The notes: generated by a model from the letters alone, not told the origin. Positions 9,440 to 20,620 are shown, counted from the stretch's first letter. The stretch is 64,000 nt of DNA from an uncultured virus (IMG/VR IMGVR_UViG_3300027815_000008) (IMGVR_UViG_3300027815_000008); one strand, 5' to 3'. Made by a program: numbers and translations.

Positions 9440-12400
9440 TGAGTGACCTAGAGCGGATGAAGGAAGTCTATGTCCAGTGTGAACTCTGCGGGACGCCAAA
9501 TAGTGAGAACCCTATGGGAGATGGGCGTAGCGCCCTAATGTGGCTCCCGGCAAAAGAAGCCAGGCCAGGGAACATAATCCGGCGTAAGAACGACGAGTGG
9601 TACATCTGTAACACTGGCCGCGTCCTGTCGTTGGGAGAGGTCCTGCGGCAGGACCCAGACTTCCAGTATTAAGCCATGGCCAACGCTGTGGTGTGGGCAC
9701 GGAAAGGAGAAGCGTGATGGCTGTTACTTGGCGGGAGGACGGAGGGGACTACTACACAGGGTGTCAGGCGACTACCCCTTCAGGGGCACCAAGGGGACCT
9801 GGAGGAATGGTGGCCTGGAGAGTGGACCCGTACAGATACACCGCCTCTGCCTGGGTGGGTGAGAAGTCCTGTGATAAGGACTTTAAGACGGTGGGGCGTG
9901 CCAAGGTGTGGGTTGAGCGGTGGCTTCTTGCTGCGACTACGAAGAGGGCCAAGTGATCACTGAACAGGTCCTGGAAGAGGCCCGGCGTCGCAAGGCGCTG
10001 GGCCACACCTTCGTCCAGCTCAAGGTGACCAAGCCACTACGGTATAAGCCCAGCGGTGCAAAAATGCGGATCCGGGGTATTGGTATGTGCAGGATCATCG
10101 GACAGGTTGGGGACAGCCTGTGGTGGTTGGTCGATGCCCCGATCAAGGCCGTGTTAGCTGCCGACGACGAGGAGGAAGTGTGAAGCCATTGGACCTGGAG
10201 GCGATAGAGGCCAAGGCTAAAGCCGGACCAATAACGGTCACGCAACAGGAAAATGTTGCTGCGTTGATCGGGGAAGTTCGAGAGCTTCGGAAGCTTCTGG
10301 GCCTGATGTATAAATACCTGGCACACGCTGATACCTGTCATCCCGAGGGTCCCTGTACCTGCGGGTTGCTGGAGTTACTGAGGGATATGGGAAGGAGGGA
10401 GAAGTCATGGAAGACGTGAGCTGGCAGACGGGACAGTCGTGTCCTCATTGCCAGAAGGCACTTCCTGGGGATTATTCGGCATGGCGGGCACATGTTGATG
10501 GCTGCCGGCCCAAGCTTCCGATGGCGCCTACGAAGGACGCCTCTGCCCAAGAAGAGATCCTGAGGCTGAAAGCCAGGATCTTTGAGCTGGAGGGCCTACT
10601 CAGAAAGAACACAGCACCTACGGAGTCCGGCCCAGACACGACGGTCATCGGTAGGAAGGAGGAGAAGCCGTGAAATCCTACGATTTTGACGCCGTGGCAT
10701 ACGACGCGGCGGTTTACTGTGTGTTGTGCCTGCCTCCTGGGGTGGACCTCGAAAATGAGGGCGTGCACCCCATCTTCGCTGACGCAGAAGTTGATGCGTA
10801 CCCCACCTGCGACGTCTGCGGCACCCTGCACGATTACGTAAGCCTCACCGAAGAGGGCCGACGCCAGCACCTGGGATGCATGACGGCAGAAGAGGCCAAA
10901 GCGTTCTTCCAGCCATATGCGTGGCCAGGCGGCTACACCGTCCTGTTCTATGTCATAGCCCCTAAGGAATCCTACGCAGCCAGCTGCGGGGATACCTACT
11001 GCTCAGGCTGTGCTCGTAAAGAGCACTACGCCTACGGGACCACGTTCGGTGCCAGTACCTACGACGAGGGGCCTCCGACGTACTGCGAGGAGTGCAACAC
11101 AGTGTTGTACTCCAGCTACGGGGACCCGGACTGCGAGGAGTGTAAAGGCGAGATCCAGTGGATCGTGGAAGGACCAGTCTGGCTACCACCTGTGACACCA
11201 GATGGCCCGGCCAGGGTCAACCTGGCGGAATGCGGCCAGTGTACGGAAGCAGGGGCCCAGCGCATATCACAGGACACTTCGAAAGGAGATTTGGCATGAC
11301 CCCCTACATCGTAGACGCGAGCATCGCCCCCCAGGTGTGGACCTGGATCACGACAAGGACCGGCGTTCAGGTCTGGTCCAACGAACTGGTAGGGAGTGCC
11401 ACAGGCCCTCGAATGACCCCGGTCTTGGACCCTGATGGCCAGCCCAACACCCAGAAACCGCATTGGAGCTGTGGGAAAATTGACCTCGTGCTCACTTCCT
11501 TGAATGAAGTCGAAGTGAGTAGTTCAAGAGAGCTAAAACGCTTGCGTGTAGCACTGCGACGCAGCGGAAACGGACTGAGCCTCAAGCTGACCGACGGGTC
11601 GGCTGCAAGGGCCCGCAAGGCCTGTCAGGACCTACGGCCATGGAGCTGCCCCTGCGGGTGGACCGGGTTCGCCAAGGGCCTGAAATACGTCCCAGTCCCC
11701 AACACGAGGGCAGAGGAGGCAGTCTGCCCCAAGTGTAAGAAGGGGGAAACCCTCGTCGAAGGGCCTGAACCCTGGTTCACTCCTGTGTACGACGGAGAAC
11801 ACCCGGAGGTGGCGGTTATGGTAGAGGACCGTTTGGTTCCCCTGGAAACGTGGATCAAGGAGAACAACCATGCCACCTGACAGAGCACGACAGATCTTGG
11901 CACAGCACTGGGGCACCGGCGTAACACTGCCTTGGGGGCTGTGGAGTGAGGTCACAGCCTTATCAAGGCCCGGAGAGCTTCCCCTGGACACCCTGCACCG
12001 ATTGGCGGGAATCACGGCGCTGCCCGTAGGTGCCCGACCATTCACCCTGGTAGCCCGCCAGTTCTACATGGAACTGGGGGCTCTTCGTCAGGATGATGAA
12101 GAACGTAGGCTGCCCGTATGACCACCCCACGATGAGACCCGAGACAGCCGACAACAGGAGGAGACAGTATGAACGAGGAGACCCGGATCCGCGTATGGTG
12201 GGACTGCCAGTCGGGGTGCCAGGAAGGCTGGTGCTCCGAGACCCAGGTATGGGGAGACGGATTTTGGGAAATCGTGGGGTCAGACACCCACGATGATTAT
12301 GCTCAGGACCGGGGCTCTGATCTGGCCGAGGACCTCCGGTCCCTGTACCCCGACGCGACAGTGGAGGTGGAGTGATGTGGGACGGATACATCAAAAAGGT

Positions 12401-15400
12401 CTTGGCCAGGTGCGCAGAGGCTACCGAAGGGCCGTGGAACTACAACACCTCCGGCAACGGCATCGCCCACACTGGAGGTCGATGGCTGGCTTGGGTGTCT
12501 CAGTCAATGAATCAGCAGCGCCCGTCTGCCATGGACAACCCGGGCGACCAGGCTTTCATCGCCCACGCCCGCACCGATTTGCCCAGGCTGGCGAATCTCG
12601 TATATTGCATAGCGGATAGCCCGTGTGAGCATCCTGACGCAGATCCTGGTCGAGACCAGGGGGATAGGTGCTGGCCATGCTGCGTGCGTGCGCAGATCGC
12701 CCAATGGGAGGAGAAATGACCGACGAGCGTTGCGTGAAGAAGAGAGAGGCCTGCACTAGATGCCACACTGGAAAAGCCGAGGATCAATGCGCCCGCTGTG
12801 AGTCGTGGATCTGCTTTGATCACGTCTACGTCCGTGGCGAGGGCGACAACATAAGCGAAGAACTGTACTGCATCGATTGCGTCAATGAACACGACGACCC
12901 CGAATAAATCGGGATGGATGGATGAAAGGCTTAAAGGAAAGCGATGCCCCACGACCCAGACAGGGAGGCCCGTATCAGGCGGATCGAGCGAGAGTTTGAT
13001 CCGTCGGCCGACCGCGACAGTTCGTACCTCCTCGCCATCATCGACGAGCTGCGCAACAAGACGGAGAGGCTTGAATCCGAGCAAAAGTGTCGCAACCGGC
13101 GGGCAGCACGTGTCGGCGAGCTGGAGATCGCACTCGACGACATGGTCAAGGAGGCCATCCGACTGCGACTAGAGCGTGAGGGGGAGAAGGCATGACCGAA
13201 CGCGAGGTGCACCTCCGCCAGAACGTAGGGCAAAACCGATACGTCGCTGGCATGTTGGACATGGACTACCTCCTCGCCATCATCGACGAGTTGCGGGCAG
13301 AGAACGAGGCGCTCCGGCACCGGCAGCCTGACGCATACGACCCAAACCTGACGCTATACGCCGCCCAGATGCACGCGCCGAAGAAGGAGGAGGCATGAAC
13401 CATCTTGAAGTACTTGATATATACATCCTAAGCGCTCCGACTGATACCCAGCGGTGGGAGAGGCGGCACGCCACGTTTGTGCGGGCGCGTCGAGCACTCG
13501 GGTGGACGTTCATGGGCCCCGCCGACACGATTCGCCACGCGTTACGCATCGCTTATGCGCTCGCGTACAAAGAGCCGGATCAGGACATCAGCCTAGAGAT
13601 GTACGATCGGGGGGTGTGAAGCCCATCAGACCCCTTGTAAGGGAAGGTGAAGACACCATGACCCACGACCAAAACTTTGACCCGTGCACATGGTGCACGC
13701 ACCCTCGAATGCGGCACATGCGCATCATGGGCTGCTACGGCTCGTCCTGGTGCATGGAGTGCCTATGCATGATGTTTGGGGAGGCAGAGATGCCTGAGAC
13801 CCAGACGGGAGATGAGAGATGACCCTCGACTGGCGCAGCGAGCCCCCAGAGAACGCCGGAGGCCAGCAGGCCGGCGTCCGTCCGATGCGCTACCGATGCC
13901 AGAGATGTGGCAGGCTCACGGACTACTGCCCACGCGACATGTCACAGAGGTCGTTCCTGGACGCTCAACTGCCGTGTTCCGGGGCGCCCAGCTGCCAGAT
14001 TACAGGGGAGGAGTTCTAATGGCGAGACCAACGAAACCAGGCCACGTGCGATACCGCGCCATGTATTCAGTTTGGGCCTCGTGCTGGGTTGAGTTCGACG
14101 CTCCGGTAGATGCCTCCGTCGAGGAGCTCAAGAGGGTCGCTGAGTCTCGCATTGATACGCCATCCGTGTGTCACGAGTGCAGCGGCGACGTTGAGATCGG
14201 AGAGCTCGACGAGATGCAGGAGATAGTGCGGTTACCGAATGGTCAATCGACCTGGGACAACACGCACGGGGAATACTGTGCGGTCTGTGGGGGGCAATTA
14301 GACGGCAAGGGCGTGTCAATGGGGAATCGCCGGGTGCACAAAAAATGCCAACCGTGACCGCCAAGACTGAGGAGGTATCCAATGAAGCGCCTACACTGGT
14401 GGGTCGTGATGAGCGGAGACCGCTTGGGGCTTCTCCTGGTGTGTGATACACCCTGGCCAAGCTATCGCACGGCCGATGTTTGTGTGCGGGACATCCAGAG
14501 TAAGGAGGAGTACAAGCATACGTTTTGGATCGTACAAGCTGCGACCAAGGAAAACGCCATAAAGCGGGTGTCCGATGGAGAACCTGCTGTGAGGTTGAGA
14601 TGATCCGCATAACGATGCGCTCCTGGTGGGAGTGTTGGGCCGTGCAGGTCTGGCTGTATCACGATGGGGCCGTGTTCTCACGATGTCGGCCTTGGTACTC
14701 GATAAAACCGTCGGGGTACGCCAAGAAGAGGGTACTTGGCCCTGTAACCACCACGGCGAAAAGAGAGGGTTGAGGTGTGTGAACCTGATTGTAAAGTGCT
14801 CGGAGCACGACAAGGCGCTGCAGATAGCAGACGAGAACGCAACGACCCACTACCGAGAAGTGGCCGTAACGCTGAGCGTCGTGCCCTGTTCAATGTGTAA
14901 GGACGAACACAAGGCAGCACTTCATGAGGCGGTTACTGACGCCGTCGAAGCCGAACGTGAGAAAGGAGCCCAGCTGTGAGTCAAGTAGCCCTTGCATACG
15001 AGAAGCACGGGCTTCGTGTGTTAACTGCGGGAGGCGGGAAGCCAACACTCCCTGTCATGATGAAGCTGATCCAGGAACGCCTGGATCAGGGCTGGTATGA
15101 GGACGAGGACGCTGAGAAGGCAAGAAAGCTTCTGGAGACTATTCCCAGAAACGAGTCTGCCCAGAAACTCGCAGAGCGGGCCTGGGCGTTTCTCAGGTCC
15201 CGCAACAGAGCAGAGTACGAACGCATTGAGATCGTGGAGGTCGAAGCGTAATGTCCAGGAAGCCTGGGGGGGTACACGCCTGGGGGAACGATTCCCCCAG
15301 GCCATTGAACTCCGATACGGCTGTCACAGCATGTGGCCTGAAGCCGGTTAGGCAGTTTACGTATAACAAGAAAAAGGTGAACTGCAAGTTATGCGCAGGT

Positions 15401-15595
15401 CGTAACGCAAAGGATGCTGTCTGGCCCCAGATATTGGTGTGGGATTGCTGCAAAGACGGCGGGGGAATGGTTCGATATCACATCAAGTACAAGATGTTTG
15501 TCCTGGCACACGGGATGTTTGTTGCAGTCAAACACTGCCCGTGGTGCGGAGTGAGGTTGGAACTTTCAAAGGAAATAAAACGGCTTTTGGCCTGA
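9439..15595 (+). other. Dense cluster of about 22 small overlapping hypothetical ORFs, many Cys-rich; includes Ead/Ea22-like genes at 10180-10419 and 12372-12719
   Basis: Tiled ORFs with RTGA overlaps and GGAG SD sequences (e.g. 9439, 9717, 10407, 10670, 11296, 11870, 12169, 12944, 13192, 13395, 13819, 14019, 14382, 14976, 15251); ATEGPW...AFIAHAR motif in 12372. Confidence 0.7.
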
Positions 15596-15702
15596 GGAGA
15601 GACAATGATCCTGTTCGTAACGTTTATCGGGGCGTTTATAGGTGCATTATTCGGGGCCTGGCTTTTCAGCAGATAGCCGGGCCAACTTGAAAAGGAGGAA
15701 CA

Positions 15703-16002
15703 ATGTTTCGTCAGGGAGATGTGTGGATAGTGCCGTGTGACGCTACGGAAATCCCAACGGACGCCGCGTTGGTGGGGCATTGCATCGTGGCTCGTGGTGA
15801 AGCCACCGGACACATGCACCGGATAGAAAAGGGGGCCAAGCAGTACGCTACCCCCTCCGGGCAGCAGTGGATCAAAGTGTTCCGTGCCAAGGTAGAGCTA
15901 CTGCACCAGGAACACTCGGCCGTTGTGCTGTTGAAAGGCACATACCGAGTGATTCATCAGAGGGAGTATTCGCCTGAGGGGCTGAAGGGTGTCATCGACT
16001 GA
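15703..16002 (+). CDS. RQGD-motif small protein, recalled as the usual neighbour of DUF6745 genes
   Basis: MFRQGDV...GEATGHMHR...LHQEH...GTYRVIHQREYSP; strong SD AAGGAGG. Confidence 0.8.
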   Translation: MFRQGDVWIVPCDATEIPTDAALVGHCIVARGEATGHMHRIEKGAKQYATPSGQQWIKVFRAKVELLHQEHSAVVLLKGTYRVIHQREYSPEGLKGVID

Positions 16003-16025
16003 CACGAGGACTGAAGCCTCTTCAA

Positions 16026-16055
16026 GGAGGGCGCCTTTTTGGTGCCCTCCTTTTT
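16026..16055 (+). terminator. Intrinsic terminator
   Basis: GGAGGGCGCC-TTTTT-GGTGCCCTCC stem followed by TTTTT. Confidence 0.75.
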
Positions 16056-16102
16056 CGTTCGCTGATCCAGTATCTGGGCAGGCTCTGCCCAGGAGGCCGC
16101 TA

Positions 16103-17138
16103 ATGAAGGTGGGGAATCAGGTCATGGACCAAGTCGGGAACCGGGTTAGGGTCCAGGTCAGGGTCCAGATCTGGGACCAGGTCAGGGACCAGGTCGGGGA
16201 CCAGGTCCGGGAGGACACTCGATGAAGATAGGGCGACAGGTCAGTGACCAGATAGAGGACCAGGTCTGGGTCCAGGTCAGGGTCCAGGTCTTGGGCCAGG
16301 TCTGGAACCAGGTCTGGCTCCAGGTCTTGGGCCAGGTCAGGGACCAGGTCGGGGACCAGGTCTGGAGCCAGGTCAGGAACCAGGTCAGTGCCCAGGTACA
16401 GGAGGACGTCCAATGAAAGTGGGGGACCAGGTCTGGGAACAGGTCAGGGACCAGATCAGGGGCCGGAGTAGGGACCAGGTATGGGGCCAGGTATGGGGCC
16501 AGGTCTGGGACCAGGTCTGGGACCAGGTCTGGGACCAGGTCAGGGACCAGGTCGGGGACCAGGTCTGGGGCCAGATCAGGGAGGATGCCGAATGAAGGTA
16601 GGGGATCAGGTGGGGGATCAGGCCAGGGACCAGATCAGGGACCAGATCAGGGGCCAGAGCAGGGACCAGGTGTGGGCCCAGGTCGGGGACCAGGTATGGG
16701 GCCAGGTATGGGGCCAGGTCAGGGTCCAGGTCGAGGGCCAGGTCTGGGACCCGGTCTGGAGCCAGGTCTGGGAACAGGTCAGTGCCCAGATCGAGGAGGA
16801 CACTGAATGAAGATTGAAAGAAAGGTGGGGCACCGGCTTGGGGCCCAGATCGGGGACCAGGTACGGGGCCAGGTCGGGGCCCAGGTCGAGGGCCAGATCT
16901 GGAACCAGGTCAATTCCCAGGTCTGGGAACAGGTCTGGGACCAGGTCGTGATCCATGTCTGGGACCAGGTCATCGACCAGGTCGGGGTCCAGGTCAGTGC
17001 CCAGGTACAGGAGGACGTCCAATGAAAGTGGGGGACCAGGTCAGTGCCCAGGTCAGGGTCCAGGTCGAGGGCCAGGTCAGGGACCAGGTCTGGAGCCAGG
17101 TCTGGGAACAGGTCAGGGAGGGCACAAAACGGGGATAA
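16103..17138 (+). repeat. Array 1: six coupled QVxx tetrapeptide-repeat mini-genes (16103-16225, 16222-16416, 16413-16595, 16592-16810, 16807-17025, 17022-17138)
   Basis: 12-nt unit CAGGTCnnnnnn; each ORF starts MK[VI], internal ORFs end [RQE]EDxx and overlap the next by ATGA. Confidence 0.9.
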
Positions 17139-17202
17139 GGTGCCAACGCTCTGAACATAGTCAAGCAGTGCGAGGGGCTCTACTGGCCCCGAAGGAGAGC
17201 AG

Positions 17203-18132
17203 ATGATCAACGAATTGACCAAAGAGCAAGAGGCCATGATCCCGATCATCCGGGACGAGTGGCTGGCACATGGGCTCAGCACATCTCCCGCAGACAGGGC
17301 CCAGGCCGAAACGGGCGTCAAGCTGGCCTACGAGGCGGCAGGCCTCAAGCCCCCCATGACCATCATCTGGGCTCAGAGCCCGGTGCATGGTGGTTACTTG
17401 AAGGCCGCCATAAACGACAGCGACATGGATGTGTCGGTGCCGCTGACCCCGGAACAGGTCGAAACCGCGCTCGACCTGGCCGCACGTGCAGTTCTGGGCG
17501 AGATCAAACTGCAGTACGACAGCTGCAGCGCATTCGGCGCCCACGACGCCGGGTACTCAAGCTTTTACGACTTTTGGGGTCGGGCTTGTGCGTTGGCCTG
17601 TGTGGACCGCCTGAAAGGGCTGTTGATGCTGAACAAAAGCGCAGGCTGGTGGTGGGCCTACGAGACCGTGTGTGTGATCTCGGAGCGGCACAACGTGCTG
17701 CACCGAGACGAACAGGGCCGGTTGCACTGCCCCGACGGACCAGCCGTTGCGTACCCGGACGGCTGGCCCGTCTACGCTTGGCATGGCGTGCGAGTACAGG
17801 CCAACGTGATCCTGAAGCCCCAGGAGCTCGAACCCATCAAAGTGCTCCAGGAGGTCAACGCTGAAGTCAGGCGTGTCATGATCGAACGCCTGGGGATGGA
17901 GCGGATCGCCAAGGAAACAGGAGCACAGGTGATCGCCAAGGACGAGAAGGGCGAGCTTCTGCGCATCGAGCTGACGGGTGATGAGCCGCTCTTGATGGTG
18001 CATGTCATATGCCCCTCCACCCAGCGGGAGTACTACCTGCGGGTGCCCCCCACCATGACCACGGCAAAAGAGGCCGTAGCGTGGACGTTCGGGCTGACGG
18101 CGGACCAGTACAACCCCCGTGTGGAAACCTAG
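17203..18132 (+). CDS. DUF6745-like protein
   Basis: LTKEQEA...W...GLSTSPADR...SP...GAHDAGY..FYDF...GWWW...SERH...DEQGRLHCPDGPAVAYPDGW.VYAWHGVRV...NAEVRRVMIE...CPSTQREYYLRVPP...EAVAWTFG. Confidence 0.82.
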   Translation: MINELTKEQEAMIPIIRDEWLAHGLSTSPADRAQAETGVKLAYEAAGLKPPMTIIWAQSPVHGGYLKAAINDSDMDVSVPLTPEQVETALDLAARAVLGEIKLQYDSCSAFGAHDAGYSSFYDFWGRACALACVDRLKGLLMLNKSAGWWWAYETVCVISERHNVLHRDEQGRLHCPDGPAVAYPDGWPVYAWHGVRVQANVILKPQELEPIKVLQEVNAEVRRVMIERLGMERIAKETGAQVIAKDEKGELLRIELTGDEPLLMVHVICPSTQREYYLRVPPTMTTAKEAVAWTFGLTADQYNPRVET

Positions 18133-18166
18133 GAGGCTTTTGGAGTTAGGGAATGGAGAAAACCCA

Positions 18167-19464
18167 ATGAAGATAGGGGGCCAGGTCAGGAACCAGGTCT
18201 GGGACCAGGTCTGGGACCAGGTCTGGAGCCAGGTCAGGGAGGACGCCAAATGAAGATAGGGGGCCAGGTCATGGTCCAGGTCGGGGGCCAGGTCAGTGCC
18301 CAGGTCTGGAACCAGGTCTGGGGCCAGGTCAGGGACCAGGTCAGGGACCAGGTCTGGGACCGGGTCGAGGACCAGGTCTGGGACCAGGTCTGGAACCAGG
18401 TCATGGACCCGGTCGAGGACCAGGTCAGGAGCCAGGTCAGGGAGAGCACGAAATGAAAATAGGGCGACGGGTCAGGGTCCAAGTCGGGGACCAGATCTGG
18501 GGCGAGATCAGTGGCCAAATCTGGGTCCAGGGCAGTGCCCAGGTCAGTGGCCAGGTCAGGGACCAGGTCTTGGCCCAGGTCATGGCCCAGATCTGGGGCC
18601 CGGTCAGGAACCAGATCTGGGACCAGGTCAGTAGCCAGGTCGAGGAGGACACGAGATGAAGATTGAGGAACAGGTCTGGGTCCAGGTCAGGGTCCAGGTC
18701 AGGGACCAGGGCTGGATTCAGGTCTGGGACCAGGTCAGGGGCCAGGTCTGGGACCAGGCCATGGACCAGGTCAGGGTCCAGGTCTTGGACCAGGTCAGGG
18801 GCCAGGTCGAGGAGGACACGATATGAAGGTTGAATACCAGGTCAGGGGCCAGGTATGGGTCCAGGCACGGGTCCAGGTCAGGGTCCAGGTCGGGGACCAG
18901 GTCTGGGAACAGGTCAGTGCCCAGGTCGGGGCCCAGGTCTGGCACCAGGTCATGGCCCAGGTCATGGCCCAGATCTTGGAGGACACGAGATGAAGGTCAG
19001 GGACCAGGTCTGGGAGGACGCCAAATGAAGGTCGGAGGCCAGATAACTAGACAGGTCATGGACCAAGTCGGGAACCGGGTTAGGGTCCAGGTCAGGGTCC
19101 AGATCTGGGACCAGGTCAAGAACCAGGTCAGTGCCCAGATCAGTACCCAGGTCATGGACCAGGTCTGGGACCAGGTCAGGAACCGGGTCAGGAACCAGAT
19201 CTGGGACCGGGCCGAGGACCAGGTCTGGGACCAGGTCAGGGAGGACGCCAAATGAAGGTAGGGGATCAGGTGTGGACCCAGGTCAGGGACCAGGTATGGG
19301 GCCAGGTCGAGAGCCAGGTCTTGAAGCAGGTCAGTGCCCAGGTCTGGAACCAGGTCAGGGACCCGGCCTGGATTCAGGTCAGCGTCCAGATCATTCCCCA
19401 GGTCAGGGGTCAGATCTGGAGCCAGGTCATGGGTCAGATCTGGGAGGACACCCGGGAAGGTTGA
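18167..19464 (+). repeat. Array 2: eight coupled QVxx mini-genes (18167-18253, 18250-18456, 18453-18659, 18656-18826, 18823-18993, 18990-19028, 19025-19255, 19252-19464)
   Basis: Same architecture as array 1; several members are missing from the ORF track and were translated by hand. Confidence 0.9.
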
Positions 19465-19497
19465 AAACCAGGCCCGCACTATGCCCACGGTAATGTG

Positions 19498-19505
19498 GGT
19501 ATAAG
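19498..19505 (+). promoter_or_regulatory. GGTATAAG putative phage promoter element
   Basis: Intergenic, about 40 nt before ATG 19547; the motif recurs before other + strand units. Confidence 0.55.
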
Positions 19506-19546
19506 CAAAAGCACAGTAAATTCAACTGACCTGAAAGGAGGCCCCT

Positions 19547-20375
19547 ATGGGGGTCACGTACAAGTACAGTATCCGAATCATGACTATGCCCAACCTGGGC
19601 GACGGCTACCGGGGGATCGTTCCGGAAGCCGTCAGGACAGCCTTGCGGTTCCGGGATGGGGACGACTACGAGGGGTGGTGGGAGTCCATGGACACCTATG
19701 TGTACGACGGGGAGAGCTGTGATACCCCCGAGGAGGTCCAGGCAAACATCCTGGAAAAACTCTGGGAGGCGTCGGCAGGTTTCGTCGCAGTCACCGTTAC
19801 CTCCCATAGGGTCACCACCGAAGATGCCGTGGTGACCTCAATCCTCGACAACGACGTCGGGGCGTACGGGAAGGCCCTCGAAGAAGAGGCCGAACGGGCT
19901 ATCAACAAAGGAGAAGAAAATGCCCACCAGTGACTTGAAGAATGCCGTAGACGCCCTGATCGGGGTGGCCGAATGGGCCATCGATCAGGGAGGGGCCAAG
20001 GACTCCATCGGGGCCATCATACGCCTTGCCCGCAAGCAGGTAGCGGCTGTGGACAAGGCAGCCCGGGGGGACGCCAGGCCCCCTCTCAAGACCTGCAAAG
20101 AGTACAAGGGCTGGACTGCCCTGTACTACACGCCTAGGGGTCTTCCCTACGAGGGGAGGGTCAGCACCCTCAGGGACGCCAGGAACGCCCACGCCATCTT
20201 CAAGGTTGGCAGGGCTACAGTGCTGTTCAAGAAGTCCCGGCTGGCGCACCCAAAGACCCTGACCATCGCAGCGGCCTATCAGCTGTACCGGTGGAACTTC
20301 AGGAAGGCCCCTGTAGCGGAAGAAAGTAGGCTGCCGTGGAGGACGACGCCAACCACTGGAAAGAAGGGGCGATAA
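19547..20375 (+). CDS. Two hypothetical proteins (19547-19933, 19920-20375)
   Basis: SD AAGGAGG and AAGGAG; overlapping ORFs. Confidence 0.65.
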
Positions 20376-20377
20376 CA

Positions 20378-20620
20378 GTGGCCTGGCTCGTGTATATCCT
20401 GTGCTGCGGGGACGGGACGCTCTACACCGGCATCACGGTCGATGTAGAGGCCCGTCTGGCGGCCCATAGACGGGGCAAGGGTGCCAGGTACACCCGGGGG
20501 CGGGGGCCGCTGCAGCTCGTCTACCTGCGGCGTGCCCGGGACTATTCGGATGCCCTCGGGTGGGAGGCCGACATCAAGCGGCTGTCTCGAGCGGCAAAAC
20601 TGGACTTGATCTCCAGTTAG
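20378..20620 (+). CDS. Small GIY-YIG nuclease (UPF0213-like)
   Basis: WLVYILCCGDGTLYTGIT...RLAAHRRGKGARYTRGRGP...E.DIKRLSR. Confidence 0.88.
   Translation: MAWLVYILCCGDGTLYTGITVDVEARLAAHRRGKGARYTRGRGPLQLVYLRRARDYSDALGWEADIKRLSRAAKLDLISS

Noticed and set aside
16103..19464. CRISPR array or DGR interpretation of the repeats
   Set aside because: Units are contiguous degenerate 12-mers with no unique spacers; no cas or reverse transcriptase gene; variation is not adenine-specific.
16117..19493. Alternative-frame ORFs ([26 protein letters not shown])
   Set aside because: Shadow frames of the 12-nt repeat; only the QVxx frame has consistent SD, ATG and ATGA coupling.
20378..20620. GIY-YIG as an intron-encoded homing endonuclease
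   Set aside because: Short stand-alone UPF0213 type with no DNA-binding extension; no interrupted host gene.
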